The notes beneath the pieces were generated by a model. It searched no databases, was not told where the DNA came from, and was given only the letters and a program-made list of their open reading frames with translations. The position numbers and the translations under genes are program-made. DNA of 63,109 bases, filler included, from Asterionella formosa (Eukaryota): the NCBI GenBank assembly GCA_002256025.1. It is 23 parts of 23 records of this genome, joined end to end, with 100 filler letters (N's around TTAATTAATTAA, not from the genome) between each part and the next. Parts side by side here need not be neighbours in the genome. Positions count along the whole stretch, not along the records: positions 60,722 to 61,865 come from NKIB01004065.1; positions 61,966 to 63,109 come from NKIB01004066.1; 21 more parts are not named here. One strand, given 5' to 3'. This document shows positions 60,724-63,109 of this stretch, one piece after another (positions within the stretch are counted from its first letter, which is position 1; each line of letters starts with the position of its first letter).

Positions 60724-61865
60724 AAAGCGCTTCGAGAGCATGTGCAGGAGTCGATACTTTCAGGTGAACCTCTCTATTATAAATCTTCCAACGGGGGTGA
60801 AACTGAAAATGTAGCAGCATTGCGAGAATATTTGAGAATATTAAATGAGAAGGAACCCACGGACTCTATCATTGCTGCGAAGCGACAAGTAAACCAACAG
60901 CTACAAGAGTGGGAACACCGCCACGATACATCGGAACCAACATTGGACAATTGGCATGAAGGCCTTGTCGAACAAGTCACCACAAAAGAATTGTCAAAAG
61001 CATGGAGAGAGATAGAAAATGATGATAGCTACCAACGTGAAGGAGGACACGCTACTGGAGCAACGATTGACGATTTAGCAGCTGCATGGGCCCAAGCCGA
61101 GGCTGAGTATGATGATGACTTGGCGGCGAATTTGGCCGGTGTGTACAATGCTGATGAGGAATCCAAAACAATCCACCCTTATGAGTTTGGTACACAAATA
61201 ACGGAAGAGCAACGAGCCACACCAGGCCGAGACTTTTTCCAAGAAGGACTCAAACTATTTGAACAAGGCGAAAACACACTTGCAATCAAAGCACTGGAAA
61301 TTTCACTTCAACTTGACCCTGATTCTGCCAAGGCGTGGCTTGTCTTGGGGAAAGCACACGCCGAACATGATGAGGACCGTAAGGCCATTGCGTGTCTGGA
61401 ACGTGCCGTTGAAACTGACCCATATTCTACTGACGCCTTGTTATCCCTTGGTGTAAGCTACGTGAATGAACTGAACCACACCAAGGCACTCAAAAGTTTA
61501 CGAGAATGGATAACTCACAATCCAAAATATTCGGAAATTTCTTTGGAAAATGATCTCTATGGCAGTGGTTCCTCCGAGACAGAGTTGGATCAAGTTCAAG
61601 GCTTGCTAATCACGGCCTTGCAAGTCGATCCGACAGCACCTGCAATACATGAAGCCCTTGGCGTGGTCTACAATGTCAGTCGAGACTACGAGGCAGCGGT
61701 GACATCCTTTCAGACTGCCCTAAAGGCACTTCCAAACTCGTATTCTCTATGGAACAAACTAGGTGCAACGTTAGCCAATTCAAATCAGTCCTCTGATGCT
61801 TTACCCGCATATCACAGAGCCTTGCAGCTGCGTCCCAAGTATGCCAGGGCCTGGCTCAATATGGC
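60724..61865 (+). CDS. PEX5: Peroxisomal targeting signal 1 receptor PEX5 (partial at both ends)
   Basis: Acidic Trp-containing region, then PEX5 TPRs: AWLVLGKAHAEHDEDRKAI, ALLSLGVSYVNE, LGVVYNVSRDYE, YSLWNKLGATLANS, AYHRALQLRPKYARAWLN. Confidence 0.93.
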
Positions 61866-62073
61866 NNNNNNNNNNNNNNNNNNNNNNNNNNNNNNNNNNN
61901 NNNNNNNNNTTAATTAATTAANNNNNNNNNNNNNNNNNNNNNNNNNNNNNNNNNNNNNNNNNNNNCATAACAACAGAACAAAGAAATTTCAATACTGAAC
62001 ATGAGAAATGAATTTACAGCGGCGCCATCAATTCACAACAATCTAAGAAGCAACGGCAAATACAACAAATAGC

Positions 62074-62835
62074 ATGGTGCCCATAACTTCATTATCGCAT
62101 GCCAAGCAGAACCGAACCAGCAGTAGTACATGTATACGCCTAGCTGTGCTTGCTATTGTGGGAGTCAGTGTGTTGATGTTCCTCCTTTTGAGTAACCGAT
62201 CATCTCAAGCTAACAAGGCGACGTCACAAGGAGATGAGCAGGTCGTATCCATTCAACAAGGTAACACTTCTGACGGAGTTGCATATTATCACTGCACATC
62301 TTCCTCCAGTATTCAACTGGTCCTCCTGCATGGGGCTCATTTTACCAAGGAAAACTACAAGTCTAGTGGCTTGTTGGATAGATTCTGTAGTAAGGGTGCG
62401 TCCGTGACTGCCTTGGATTTCTCCGTCAAGGCCACGGCTAAGAATCTGAAAAATTCGTTGATGGTGCTGTGGCAGGATGGAATTGTCGTCAAAAACCGTC
62501 CCATATCACTTGTTACACCATCGGCGTCGGGTTATGGGGTTGTTGACTGGATCAATAATGGGGATTTAGAGGAATTCAGAAAGCACATTCGGCATTGGAT
62601 TCCCGTGGCATCGCCAGCTATATCATCAGCTTCCATAGAGAAACTTGGAATGCTAGATGTTGCTATCTTGGCCATTTATGGAGATAAAGATATACTGGGA
62701 AGGCGTGTCTCGGAGTTTTTGGCACAACATGCCAATGCACTAGTTGTTGAAATTCCAGGTTCGCATCCGTGTTACCTGGATTCACCGATGCTGTTTGTAA
62801 AGGATGTTATGGAGTTTGTTCAGTCTCATAAATAA
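62074..62835 (+). CDS. ABHD14-like alpha/beta hydrolase with N-terminal TM anchor, 253 aa
   Basis: LVLLHGAHFT, nucleophile VTPSASG, WIPVASP, LAIYGDKD and GSHPCYLDSP match the ABHD14A/B motif pattern. TM IRLAVLAIVGVSVLMFLLL. Confidence 0.85.
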   Translation: MVPITSLSHAKQNRTSSSTCIRLAVLAIVGVSVLMFLLLSNRSSQANKATSQGDEQVVSIQQGNTSDGVAYYHCTSSSSIQLVLLHGAHFTKENYKSSGLLDRFCSKGASVTALDFSVKATAKNLKNSLMVLWQDGIVVKNRPISLVTPSASGYGVVDWINNGDLEEFRKHIRHWIPVASPAISSASIEKLGMLDVAILAIYGDKDILGRRVSEFLAQHANALVVEIPGSHPCYLDSPMLFVKDVMEFVQSHK

Positions 62836-63109
62836 GGCGACGAAAATCCCATCAAACATGGGCAAGAAACCTTGTTGTGGTGATTTAAATGCTCGACCTG
62901 TATATTTCCTTTTTTCGATTAGTTGATAAATGACTTTTTCATGTTTTAATCATGTTATAGTTCTGGTTGTCTCATTTGTTGTGCAGCTATGGATGTGAAA
63001 GTGTCAAATCTGTTTGTAAAACATTGTTTTGAATTGTGCATCTATAAATTACATGAAAAAATCGCATGTGGTGACTTCAATTTTTGTGATTGCTTTGCAA
63101 TTTTATTTT

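Noticed and set aside
18483..61921. Regularly spaced TTAATTAATTAA (about every 1.25 kb), resembling an array
   Set aside because: Always centred in 44+44 Ns. It is an artificial six-frame-stop linker, and the periodicity reflects size-sorted contigs.
55742..62835. Oxidoreductase, PEX5 and ABHD14 as a peroxisomal cluster
   Set aside because: Each gene is on its own 1.1-kb contig, so proximity is artificial.

Overview
Eukaryotic nuclear DNA, most likely from a diatom. This is inferred from CoDi-type Copia elements, diatom-style RxL secretory proteins and a stramenopile-like nad5 NUMT. The window is not one locus. It is 23 unrelated contigs/scaffolds joined by 22 identical artificial 100-nt spacers (N44-TTAATTAATTAA-N44): two ~18.4-kb scaffolds (1-18438 and 28528-46915) plus 21 contigs of 1144-1149 nt in decreasing length order. 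Scaffold 1 holds one hypothetical membrane-protein gene, a decayed Plavaka-like transposase abutting a truncated Ty1/Copia element, a nad5 NUMT, a LINE fragment and non-autonomous repeats. Scaffold 2 is the most interesting region. It carries three paralogous, essentially intronless type-II-membrane alpha/beta hydrolases with a six-Cys insert, a small secreted Cys-rich protein with a PT[KR]RPT tail, and a signal-peptide-bearing 2OG-Fe(II) prolyl-hydroxylase-like gene, which together could be a secretory/cell-surface cluster. The small contigs contain Copia, Gypsy and LINE pieces, partial PEX5, a partial MerA-like flavoprotein disulfide reductase, an ABHD14-like hydrolase, a tRNA-like Pol III remnant and a 495-bp in-frame coding tandem repeat of unknown family. 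No CRISPR array or rRNA was seen. All calls come from motif recognition by eye; no searches were run.
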